A DNA stretch of 64,000 bases, taken from Octopus bimaculoides (Eukaryota). Position numbers and translations under genes: made by a program. The notes below the pieces were generated by a model. The model ran no database searches, had not been told where the DNA came from, and saw only the letters and a program-made list of their open reading frames with translations. The DNA is taken from contig NC_068998.1 in the NCBI RefSeq assembly GCF_001194135.2, positions 17,962,631 to 18,026,630 of the forward strand, written 5' to 3'. Shown here one piece after another: positions 52,276 to 62,855 of the stretch. How positions within the stretch are numbered: position 1 is the first letter of the stretch; each line of letters begins with the position of its first letter.

Positions 52276-52638
52276 TACAGGGTGCAGGGAATAAATTGTC
52301 ATCTGAATTACACAAAAATGAAAATAACATTGACATCTCATTTTAACAGATATATTTTCCAAAATTACATAAAAATATCTTGAAATATTAAAGAGTAAAT
52401 TTATACAATAAAATCACCATTGGCTTCAGCCGACTTCAGAATCTCCTGCAACTCTTCTGGGCAGTCTCCTTGTTTAAGTTGGTGAATGCTGTCATAATCC
52501 TTGCCTTCAGTTCATCTTTGGTGTTACAAGTTTTGTTGGTCTCTTGCTCAACTGCACTCCACACATAATAGTCAAGGGAGTTGCAGTCTGGCGAGTTAGG
52601 TGGCCAGATGTTTGGGGTGATGTGGTCACAGAAATTGT
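52276..52638 (-). mobile_element. DD37D (maT-type) transposon 3' end, second copy
   Basis: TA|CAGGGTGCAGGGAATAAATTGTC terminus. Translation NFCDHITPNIWPPNSPDCNSLDYYVWSAVEQETNKT..KSCRRF. Colinear with 21490-21850. Confidence 0.85.
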
Positions 52639-52815
52639 ATTTCAAAGGGCCAGCCTTGTCACATTTTGTGCCATGCTGAATCTCTCTGAGAATTATGTTG
52701 AGGGTACATGTGCCTGTGGAGTGCTCAGCCACATGCATATTAATTTCATTTTCAAGCTGTTCCATTGATCAGATCAACTGGAGCCCTTGTTGTCATAACC
52801 AGTGGAGTGCCAGAT
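52639..52815 (+). mobile_element. SINE family E 3' half
   Basis: TATTTCAAAGGGCCAGCCTTGTCACA..GAGGGTACATGTGCCTGTGGAGTGCTCAGCCAC..GGAGTGCCA. Confidence 0.8.
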
Positions 52816-52844
52816 AGTCCTCTGTAGTCTAAGAGAGACAGTTC

Positions 52845-53092
52845 TACAATTTCTTGCTGAACAACCTGCATAAAATGATTTGTTTCTAGTGATCAAATTT
52901 TTGTGCTGTTCATTAGCTCACTCCCTCCATCAAAAATTGACCTGCACGCGTGCATGTTGTGTCGAAATGATTGCAGAGCTCTGTGAGATTAAGTGTTTTG
53001 CTCAAGAATACAACACACCACCTTGTCCAGGAATTGAAACCACACTCTTGCAATTGGGAGTGCAACATCTTAACCACTAGGCCATGGGCTCT

Positions 53093-53098
<6 letters not shown>
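52845..53098 (-). mobile_element. SINE family F
   Basis: Reverse complement of 38335-38626. Confidence 0.7.
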
Positions 53099-53132
<34 letters not shown>

Positions 53133-53969
53133 NNNNNNNNNNNNNNNNNNNNNNNNNNNNNNNNNNNNNNNNNNNNNNNNNNNNNNNNNNNNNNNNNNNN
53201 NNNNNNNNNNNNNNNNNNNNNNNNNNNNNNNNNNNNNNNNNNNNNNNNNNNNNNNNNNNNNNNNNNNNNNNNNNNNNNNNNNNNNNNNNNNNNNNNNNNN
53301 NNNNNNNNNNNNNNNNNNNNNNNNNNNNNNNNNNNNNNNNNNNNNNNNNNNNNNNNNNNNNNNNNNNNNNNNNNNNNNNNNNNNNNNNNNNNNNNNNNNN
53401 NNNNNNNNNNNNNNNNNNNNNNNNNNNNNNNNNACACACACACACACACACACACACACATCTATATATATACTCACATACACATGCAATTATGTGGCAC
53501 CAGTTGAAGATTGGGCTCACCAAATCTTAATCTCAAACAAAAAATACAAAAATGAAATATAATAATATAGAAAATTTTAGTTCTTTTCATTGATCAATTT
53601 GGTGATTCACACAGTAAATTTCAGTGGCCATGTCTTATATATAAAACAGAGATAAAGTTGAAAACCCATTTACACAGTATTAACAGAAGAAATTAATCAT
53701 TAAAAGCAGTGACCATGTGGTAGACACTAGTTTACGTATTCTCTTGTCTTCTTCATCGAACTTTCTCTTATTGAATTAAATGACTTCTTCCTATTGTAAT
53801 ACTTATTTCTTTTGACCAATTTCTTGTCATTAGTTGGAACTTTGTTCACTTCTGAGATTATTCTTTATCCCTCATTCTTACTTGAATTTCTTATACCATT
53901 CATTAACTACACAAAATCTCCACAATAAACATAAATTAAATTGTTATTAAAAATATTAATGATGGAGTG

Positions 53970-54185
53970 AAGGTGGCAAACTGGCAGAATCGTTAGCACA
54001 CCTGGCAAAATGCTTTGCTGCATCTTCACATTCTTCACATTCTGAGTTCAAACTCCATCAAGGTCAACTTTACTTTTCATCCTATTGTATTCAATGAAAA
54101 GAGTACCAGTTGAGCACTAGGGTCTATGTAATTGTCTTACTCCCTCCCTCGAAATTGCTGGCTTTGTGCCAAAATTTGAAATCAC
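53970..54185 (+). mobile_element. SINE family A
   Basis: AAGGTGGCAAACTGGCAGAATCGTTAGCAC..GAGTTCAAACTCC..GTGCCAAAATTTGAAA. Confidence 0.85.
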
Positions 54186-54224
54186 TGTGATGGATTGAAA
54201 TGGGAGAAATCTTGTTTCATCTCT

Positions 54225-54515
54225 AATCTTTGCCCACTTATTCATAGGGTTGGGGTGACTGCAAGGGCAAAGTCCTCAAGTACACCTTCCATTAGGTCCT
54301 GTCAAATGCAATCGTCTCCAGTTGATTTGGCTGGATCCCCAAGTTAGACCAACCAAGCTCATCGATGTTATCTACCCATCTTGTTTACAGTCCACACCTG
54401 GGTCTCCTGCCAATCAGTTTTGCCCATAAAACCTGTCCAGCAGTTCTTTCCTGAGACATTCTTACTACATGTCTATAGTATTAGGGCTGTGATCACTCAA
54501 TAGAAGAAATCAACT
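54225..54515 (-). mobile_element. RTE-clade LINE ORF C-terminal remnant
   Basis: Minus frame IE*SQP*YYRHVVRMSQERTAGQVLWAKLIGRRPRCGL*TRWVDNI..AFDRT*WK matches the RTE C-terminal pattern (LRW.GHV.RM..ER; G.RP.GRP..RW.D; A.DR..WR). Confidence 0.7.
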
Positions 54516-54587
54516 TATTATTTTGTTGTATGAGATTGTCCAAAAGATTTTCTGTTGATCTGAGGCATACTAGATCTAACATTAAAG

Positions 54588-54760
54588 TGTGCTTAAACCT
54601 TTACTTCTCAACCACATGGTTCTGAGTTCAGTCTCACTGTGTGGCACCTTGAGCAAGTGTCTTCTACTATAGTCTCAGGCCAATCAAAGCCTTATGAGTA
54701 GATTTGATAGAAACTGAAAGAAGCCCACCATATATATGTGTGTGTGTGTGTGTGTGTATC
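54588..54760 (+). mobile_element. SINE family C 5' half
   Basis: CAACCACATGGTTCTGAGTTCAGTCTCACTGTGTGGCACCTTGAGCAAGTGTCTTCTACTATAG..GAAACTGAAAGAAGCCC, then (GT)n. Confidence 0.8.
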
Positions 54761-55011
54761 TAACACACCTGCTTGCTCCCTGACCTGTCTTTGTTTTGTG
54801 AACATTTGAACTATCAGATGCTCATATCATCAGCCTCTAAGGGACATGTTCAACTGATTATGGTTGAGCAACTGAATGCAAATCTGTGGTCTTGAGCAGA
54901 ATATTATCTGTAGCTCATCCTTTACCCCAAGACAAAACATGTACATGTTAACACTTCCAATCAGTTAAGATCAAAAGCCTTGAGAGTCTTTGCTTGGTTT
55001 ATTATTACTAT

Positions 55012-55230
55012 TATTGGCAAGCTGGCACAACTGTTAGCATGCTGGACAAAATTCATAATGGTATTTCGCCGGTCTTTACCTTCTGAGTTCAAATTCCACT
55101 GAGGTCGACTTGGTCTTTCATCCTTTCTGGGTCGATAAATTAAGTACCAGTGAAACACTGGGTCAATGCAATTGACTAGTCCCCTCCCACCAAATTTCAG
55201 GCCTTGTGCCTATAGTAGAAAGAATTATTA
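55012..55230 (+). mobile_element. SINE family A (TATAGTAGAAAG tail) with (ATT)n
   Basis: GAGTTCAAATTCCACTGAGGTCGACTT..TTTCATCCTTTCTGGGTCGATAAATTAAGTACCAG. Confidence 0.85.
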
Positions 55231-55265
<35 letters not shown>

Positions 55266-55502
55266 TATTATTATTTCCATCTAAAAATAAATAAAATTGG
55301 TAGACAAAATGCTTGATGGTATTTAATTTACATTCCAAGTTCATTTCCTTCTGGAATCAACTTTGGCTTGATAAACTAGGTACCAGCCCAGTACTAGGGT
55401 TGATTCACCATTAATCCTTACTATGGCTGGCCGGTAACATATTTTTCTGCAATGTATGGATAATTTATCCTGATCATGCGTTTGAGAATAAAAAAATTTA
55501 TA

Positions 55503-55547
<45 letters not shown>

Positions 55548-55549
<2 letters not shown>

Positions 55550-55790
55550 GATGGGCTTCCACTCAGTTTCCATTTACTAAGTTCACTCACAAGACATATA
55601 TATATATGTATATGTATGTATATATGATGGGCTTCCATTCAGTTTCCATTTACTAAATTCACCGACAAGACATTGGTTGGGCTGGAGCTATAGTAAAAAA
55701 TACTTGCCCAGGTGCTGTGCAGTGGCACTGAACCCAAAACTGCATAGTTGCAAAGTAAACTGCTGATCTACACAGCCTGCCTGCACTTAT
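55548..55790 (-). mobile_element. SINE family C 5' half with internal ~76-bp tandem duplication
   Basis: TGATGGGCTTCCA.TCAGTTTCCATTTACTAA.TTCAC..ACAAGACA occurs twice, followed by the CORE and head. Confidence 0.75.
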
Positions 55791-56859
55791 ATATGTGTGT
55801 GTGTGTGTGTGTGTAGTTGTGTGACTGAATGTTGATGTTTTGCTGCTTCACTTGTCATCATCTCAGTGAAACAGTGATATGGTATTTACGTCCCTCGTTG
55901 ATAATATGACTGGCCACTGCGCTTGTGAAGACCAGTGGGAAAAAAAAAAAATTCTTTACTAGGAAATCAGGTAAAAGTTGGTGACAAGAAGGGTATTTGG
56001 CCAAATAAGTCCCCTCTTCAACCCTTTCTTGTATGAGAAAATGGGTGTTAAATAAAAAAAAACAAGTACACCATTAAAAAGAAAGCATTATACATAAATG
56101 TACACACACACACACACACACCTCTTATTACACTTAACACATCACTAAACCTTATGAGATATTCCCATCCCATTAATCATTATGTTATGCACCACTAACC
56201 ATAAGACAAGACACACCCACATCTGTCATTATGAACTGCCTCCACCAATCATTACACATTAACCATAACCACAAGCCAATGAAGGAGTCTTGACTTACTA
56301 AAATTTTCAAATAAATTTCCCTCAAATCACTCTTACCATCTTTAAAAAAATTGTGTTTGTATGTGTGTGTGTGTGTGTGTGTGTGTATGATGTTGTATGC
56401 CTTTGCTCAGTCAAGCATGATCTGGAGTTAAACAATAACAACACTATAGACGACTTACAATTATACAAAATACAATTATACAATCATTACAACACATCTC
56501 ATTAACCATTGCTCTATACTTTTACAACAATTACATCACACACTTGTAATTACTAGACCACACTTCAGTGATCATTGCATCACACACCAACAATTATTTT
56601 TACATGCACCATAAAGTAACAAGATAACTTCTACTTGATTGCTTGACCTGCTATAAATAGTAGCCAAATTTCCTTGCAAGTCACATTCTAAAATGAATTA
56701 AATAAGGAAGAGCACATTTGAATTAATGGCAGTCTTTCAAGTCTGAGGAAGATGGTTCTGTCACTTCTTGCTGGAGAACTGAGACAGATGATTTGCTTCT
56801 AGTGGTCAAGTGTTTGTGTTGTACATAAGCTCTCTTTCCATCAAATTGACATTGTCTGT

Positions 56860-57037
56860 ACAGATGCACAAGTGTGCCATACATCAGATGTTGAAGTGAT
56901 TACAGAACAATGTGAAAATGGAGTGTAAATGAAGTGTTTTACTCAAGGACACAATACTCCACCCAGTCTGGAAATTGAAACCATGGTCTCTTGATTGTGA
57001 GTGCAACAGCCTAACCATTAGACCATATGCCTTCACA
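56860..57037 (-). mobile_element. SINE family F 5' part
   Basis: Minus strand GTGAAGGCATATGGTCTAATGGTTAGG..GGTTTCAATTTCCAGACTGGG..GTGTCCTTGAGTAAAACACTT. Confidence 0.7.
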
Positions 57038-57047
57038 TTAGATTACA

Positions 57048-57448
57048 TATTGTTATTGTTGTTGTTATTGTCGGCACTCCGTCGCTTGCGACGTCAAGGG
57101 TTCCAGTCAATCCGATCAACGGAACAGCCTGCTCGTGAAATTAATGTGCAAGTGGCTGAGCACTCCACAGACACGTGTACCCTTAACGTAGTTCTCGGGG
57201 ATATTCAGCGTGACACAGTGTGACAAGGCTGGCCCTTTGAAATACAGGTACAACAGAAACAGGAAGAAATAGTGAGAAAAAGTCATGGTGAAAGAGTACA
57301 GCAGGGTTTGCTACCATCCCCTGCCAGAGCCTCGTGGAGCTTTAGGCGTTTTCGCTCAATAAACACTCACAACGCCCGGTCTGGGAATCGAAACCGCGAT
57401 CCTATGACCGCGAGTCCGCTGCCCTAACCACTGGGCCATTGCGCCTCC
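57048..57448 (-). mobile_element. SINE family E, non-CORE variant, young and CpG-rich, tRNA-Arg-like head
   Basis: Minus strand GGAGGCGCAATGGCCCAGTGGTTAGGGCAGCGGACTCGCGGTCATAGGATCGCGGTTTCGATTCCCAGACCGGGCG. The 3' half is shared with 3735-4055. (AAC)n tail. Confidence 0.85.
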
Positions 57449-57855
57449 ATACATATAGTTATATGCTCCTAAAATAGACAAGATTGCCACAGCTGGAATA
57501 TCTGTGATCATAGGTATACTCAATCAGAGTTAAACAACATCACCTCTAACTATTAATCCACTAATCCATCAAACCAATGATAACTGAATCATTCCTTACT
57601 TTTATTATATTGCCTTCAATTTGTTTACAGTTGGAGAACAAATGTTTGAACTATGCTGTGAACATTGGTGTGTGCATTGTGAAGTGTTTTGTATAGTATT
57701 TGTTTTGATAATAAATACCACATTAATAGTGTTATTTAGAGCGTTGTTGATCATATTAACTGAATTATTTGTGTTGTTTGACATCTTCTTGACTTCTGTT
57801 GCAATTGGATTCACATCCAGGATGCATTACTGAAATTGATTCAGTACTTGCCAAT

Positions 57856-58054
57856 AAGGCGGTGAGCTGGCTGAATTGTGCCATGAAGCATTTTGTCTGT
57901 CTTTATATTCTGAGTTCAAATTCCATTGAGGTCATCTTTGCCTTTCATCATTTTAGGGTCAATAAAATAAGTACCAGTTGAGTACTGTGGTCAATGTAAT
58001 CAACTTATCCACACCTTTGAAATTGCTAGCCTTGTGCTAAAATTTGAAGCCAAT
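57856..58054 (+). mobile_element. SINE family A
   Basis: AAGGCGGTGAGCTGGCTGAATTG..GAGTTCAAATTCC..TTTGCCTTTCATC..AAATAAGTACCAG. Confidence 0.85.
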
Positions 58055-58691
58055 ATAATTACTGACAGGCTGAAGAAAATGACTGGCATAGTATTTAAGC
58101 ATTGAATGTGTTGTAAATTACATCAGAAAATTATGCTAGTTTTGTAAATACTATGTTAGCTAGTTTATTTGGTTATGTCACTAATATTGTTAACATTGTC
58201 TCAGCTATATTATTTGGTTGGAGTGTACTGAATTATATATTGACTGTTATATAGAACATCTATAATTTGTTTTCTTGTGTCCAAACATAAATGAGTTCTG
58301 TTACTTGACAAGCCCTTACTCAATGAACTTTATCCTACTGGAAGTTATCTTTCAATTTTTTCTTGTTTCTGTTTTTATTATTATATTTCAAATGTTTCTC
58401 TTAGCCAATGTCTCTTAAGTGCTATTTAAGCATTAGTTCAATAACTTCAGATATAATGTTAATCCTCTTGATGGTATTTTCTTGAGCTGTGGGTACTTTC
58501 TATTGTTTATAATAAAAAATAATTTAAAAAATTAGCAACAAATAATTGTATTTTCTCCAAGATTGCATGTTGGAACTAAAACAGTAGCATTTATGATGAA
58601 AGACATTTAAAACACACACACACATGCATGCGCGCATGTTTTTTTTCTGTAATAGTATTCCAAGTGGAAAAGAATATAGCCATGTAGCATA

Positions 58692-58744
<53 letters not shown>

Positions 58745-58969
58745 TTATAAAAGAGCTTTTTGATACTTAAATAATACATCTTACTATTATGAAATAAAAG
58801 TAAAATGAATATATCTCTGTCAAAATGCAAATAGCATTTGATCTATTACAAATTGTGTGAAGTTCTTGTTTTATTTGTTGTTAATTTTTCAGTCATTAAT
58901 TCTCTTAGCATTTGCTCTGTTTAGCATTAAATTTGAAACTCAGAAATCTTATGAAAGAAAGAAATATAC

Positions 58970-59100
58970 TCTCTCGCTCTGTTGCTCTCTCTCTCTCTCT
59001 CTCACTTGCTCTCTCTCTCACTTGCTCTCTCTCTCTCTCACTTGCTCTCTCTCTCTCTCTCACTTGCTCTCTCTCTTGCTCTCTCTCTCTCTCTCTCTCT
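58970..59100. repeat. Compound (CT)n / CTCTCACTTG repeat
   Basis: Read directly. It explains the L/S-rich ORFs at 58857-59205. Confidence 0.85.
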
Positions 59101-59369
59101 TCATCTTTCTTTCTCTTTTTCTCCCACTCTCTTTACTTCTATTTCATTAGTCCAGACCCTGACTACATCAGTTGTGTTGTATTCCTAGGCAAAACATCCC
59201 TTTGATTGTTTTGGTTTGCCTAATTAGCAAAAAATAGATTTGACTCCTACTTTATAATCAAGTGGTTAGCAATAGATGGTATTGCTTATTTTCCTTCTTT
59301 TAACATGTTTGACAATTATGATGTACTTCACAGTTTAAGGAATAAAAGATTAATTAAAATGATAAAGCA

Positions 59370-59403
<34 letters not shown>

Positions 59404-60224
59404 AAACTACACTTTTCACTGTCCAACCACCACCACCACCAAGGTTCAGTCAAAGTTATTAACCATTTGAGATTATTTTCATTTCTTTTCAGTTCAGTTC
59501 AGCTACATATCTGCGTGTATATCTATTGATATATATCTCTCTCTGAATATCTGTTGATGTATCTGTAGACTCATCTCCCTACCTACCCCTCCTCTCTCTT
59601 AGTCTCCCCTTCTTCCCTGTCTGTCTATATCTCTCACTCTCTATATATATAGTTCTCCATTCGAGTTATTAGCTCCCTAGGCATAAGTGCAACACATGGA
59701 CAAAGCAGACAAGAATGCATAGAATTATATAATTGTTAAGCAAATATTTAGAACATAAACTAACATGAAATTTTGATGGAAAGTTATGATTTAGATCACT
59801 TTAAAGCAAGATGGTTGTATCATAGATCCAGGAGTGGTCTCAGGCAGGTTGGTATCAAAAGGATTAAATATTCTTTGCAAATCAAACTTGGTTCTCTTTT
59901 TGTTTGTCTTTAACAGCCTGAGAGAGTGAGTGGCATGTTTTTTTAAAACTCTCATTGCTCTCTTCATACACACACATACACACATGCTTAGTCTTTATTG
60001 ATATAATTTAAGCAAAAGCAACATTAGTTAGTTCACATTACTCTGTAAAGAGCATAGGGCTGGTTTCCCAGTTTCTCTGAGATATGTATTCCTCCCTGGA
60101 TGGGATGCTAGTCCATCTCAGTATTACTCATTTGGATAAATAATTCTCTTTATATTTACATGTTTTAGTTCCTTTTTTTTTATGCTTTTTTATTGCTTAA
60201 TGCTACTTTGTAGTATCTTTTGTC

Positions 60225-60618
60225 TTTTACTTGTTTGAGTCATTAGGCTGTGGCCATGCTGGAGCACTGCCTTATGACATTTTAGTCGAACAAATTCACC
60301 CAAGTATATACTTATTTCTTTTTCTTTGAGCCTGGTACTTATTCTATCAGTCTCTTTTGCCAAACTACTAAGTTACGGGGACATAAACACACCAACACCA
60401 GTTGTCAAGCAGTGGTAGTAGTGGTGGTGGTGGGGACAAATACACACACACACACACACACACACACATGATGGATTTCTTACAGTTTCGGTTTACCAAT
60501 TCCACTCACAAGGTTTTGGTTGGCCTGAAGCTATAGTAGAAGACATTTGCCCAAGGGATTGAACTAGGAACCATGTAGTTGGGAAGCAAACTTCTTATCA
60601 CACAGCTACACCTGCACT
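60225..60618 (-). mobile_element. SINE family C
   Basis: Colinear with 60952-61332, with a small deletion in the CORE/head junction. Confidence 0.85.
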
Positions 60619-60951
60619 TAGTACAACTTCTAGATTTTCTGTCCCATTAAAGATATATTAGATTGCACATTGAGGTAATCATATTCTAACAAAAACCCTT
60701 TCCTTTTGTCTTGGCTCATAAAACATTTGCTGAACTATATATGCAGTGCTTTAAGTATAATATGTCAAATACCTGCTATTGCTGCTTTTTAAATGGTAAA
60801 TTTCATTTCAATTTCTGAAATGAGGAACTATCTTTTTTATTATATTCATTGATATATTCAGGCTAGTGTCCTCATCTTGGTTGTTATACTCACAATGTAT
60901 CTGACAGCAACTGTTTTTACCAGCTTTCTTCGTGTGTTTGTTTTTATTTAC

Positions 60952-61332
60952 CCTTTTACTTGTTTCAGTCATTTGACTGTGGCCATGCTGGAGCAGCGCC
61001 TTTAGTCAAACAAATCGACCCCAGGACTTATTCTTTGGAAGCCTAGTACATATTCTATCGGTCTCTTTTGCCGAACCGCTAAGTTACGGGGACGTAAACA
61101 CACCAGCATCGGTTGTCAAGCGATGTTGGGAGGGACAAACACAGACACGCAAACATATACACACACACATACATATATATACATATATATGACGGGCTTC
61201 TTTCAGTTTCTATCTACCAAATCCACTCACAATGGTTTGGTCGGCCCGAGGCTATAGTAGAAGACACTTGCCCAAAGTGCCACACAGTGGGACTGAACCC
61301 GGAACCATGTGGTTGGTAAGCAAGCTACTTAC
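60952..61332 (-). mobile_element. SINE family C, best-preserved copy
   Basis: Minus strand: AGGCGTAGGAGTGGCTGTGTGGTAAG head, GGTTCCGGGTTCAGTCCC B-box region, CORE-like GTGGCACTTTGGGCAAGTGTC, microsatellite, tail GCTCCAGCATGGCCACAGTCAAATGACTGAAACAAGTAAAAG. Confidence 0.9.
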
Positions 61333-61937
61333 CACACAGCCACTCCTACGCCTGGTAATGTTCTTGAAAACTGAATCCAAACTTTTTGATAACTCCACAC
61401 ACTAGACTGCTCTCATACCAGGGAAACACTGCTTAGTTATTCTACTAATTGTGATGCTATAATAGCTCGACTAACTTGGGGCATTGAACTCACACCTAAT
61501 ACCAAAACTACTTCACTTAACACTTGACTATATTTACTATCCTTATTCAACAATAGGAATAGTGAATATAAGCATTAATTAATTGTTAAGTGCAATAGGT
61601 TAGTTAGTTGGTAGGAGTTCAGTTTCTCAGTTTGGCAAGCTGTAGATACTCTGGATGAAGCAGCACAAACTCAGAACACCACAAGTAGCAGAGTAACTAA
61701 GGAGAAGAACAACACTGATAAAAACAATAGAGTAAGAAAACTTTATCCTCATCACCTTATTAAAGGGTTTTCATCCAAATTCTGAGAATATTATCAAATT
61801 CAACAGGCATCTGAAAAATGGTGGAAAGGACAATGACCAAAATAATGTGACTACAACAACCAAGATGTGGACAGTGGTCCTTATATACATCAGTGTATTA
61901 TTTTTAAATAATGTATTTATGAGTCATTGGATGTTGT

Positions 61938-62088
61938 CATCATCATTATCATCATCGTTTAATGTCCGCTTTCCATGCTAGCATGGGTTGGACGATTTGA
62001 CTGAGGACTGGTGAAACCGGATGGCAACACCAGGCTCCAATCTAAATTTGGCAGAGTTTCTACAGCTGGATGCCCTTCCTAACGCCAA
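61938..62088 (-). mobile_element. Repeat family D 3' end
   Basis: Nearly identical to 38670-38810. Confidence 0.85.
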
Positions 62089-62487
62089 TGTGTATATATT
62101 TATGTGTATATTATCCTTTTTATCAATTTCAGTTTTTATTATTATTTGTTTATGTTTATGCATGTCATAAAGTTGTGGTAAGTTTGTGTTAAACCAAATT
62201 GTCAGCAGCTTCTTTGATTTCAATTTCCAACTGAAACATATACAATTGTAGAACTAATATTCTTGAGGAAAACATAAACATCACAACATCTTGTTTATAT
62301 TATCAATGTTCTGAGAGAAAACATAACCATCACAACTTCCCCCACTTCCATCCCCTTGTAACTATGAAATGCCATTTATTTTTATAAAGAATTTTTTGTT
62401 TGTTTGTTTGTTTGTTTGTTTCTTTCTTTCTTTCTTTGTATCAAATTTTCTAATAAATGGAAAACCACTGATTTCTTTTCTTTCCAG

Positions 62488-62684
62488 ACTCATTTATAGG
62501 CAGCTGTGATTATTCCTGTGTGTACCCTGGTGAAAAATGGCCGGCCAACAGTCTGCAGTCATTCTGTGATGTTGTCATGCAGGTTACTAATTCACCAACC
62601 AACAGAGCAGCAGCTGCAGCAGCAACACTTTCAGACAAAGACACTGAAGATGAATCTGATATGGTTACAACACCACAGAGTTGA
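62488..62684 (+). CDS. Probable terminal coding exon of host gene
   Basis: Acceptor GATTTCTTTTCTTTCCAG|AC. Phase-1 frame xSFIGSCDYSCVYPGEKWPANSLQSFCDVVMQVTNSPTNRAAAAAATLSDKDTEDESDMVTTPQS ends in tandem TGA TGA. An internal donor CAG|GTTACT (~62582) is an alternative. Confidence 0.6.
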
Positions 62685-62764
62685 TGAGTTGATTGCAACA
62701 GTAGCATGTGACTGTTTAATATTTTAATTTCCATCTACTTTCTGCCATCAACCTCATTCAGATT

Positions 62765-62803
<39 letters not shown>

Positions 62804-62823
62804 GCTACCAATTTATCTATCTA

Positions 62824-62855
<32 letters not shown>

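Noticed and set aside
57370-57448. Possible tRNA-Arg gene (and other tRNA-like heads)
   Set aside because: The A/B boxes are followed directly by SINE bodies and tails, and the acceptor stem does not close cleanly. These are SINE heads.
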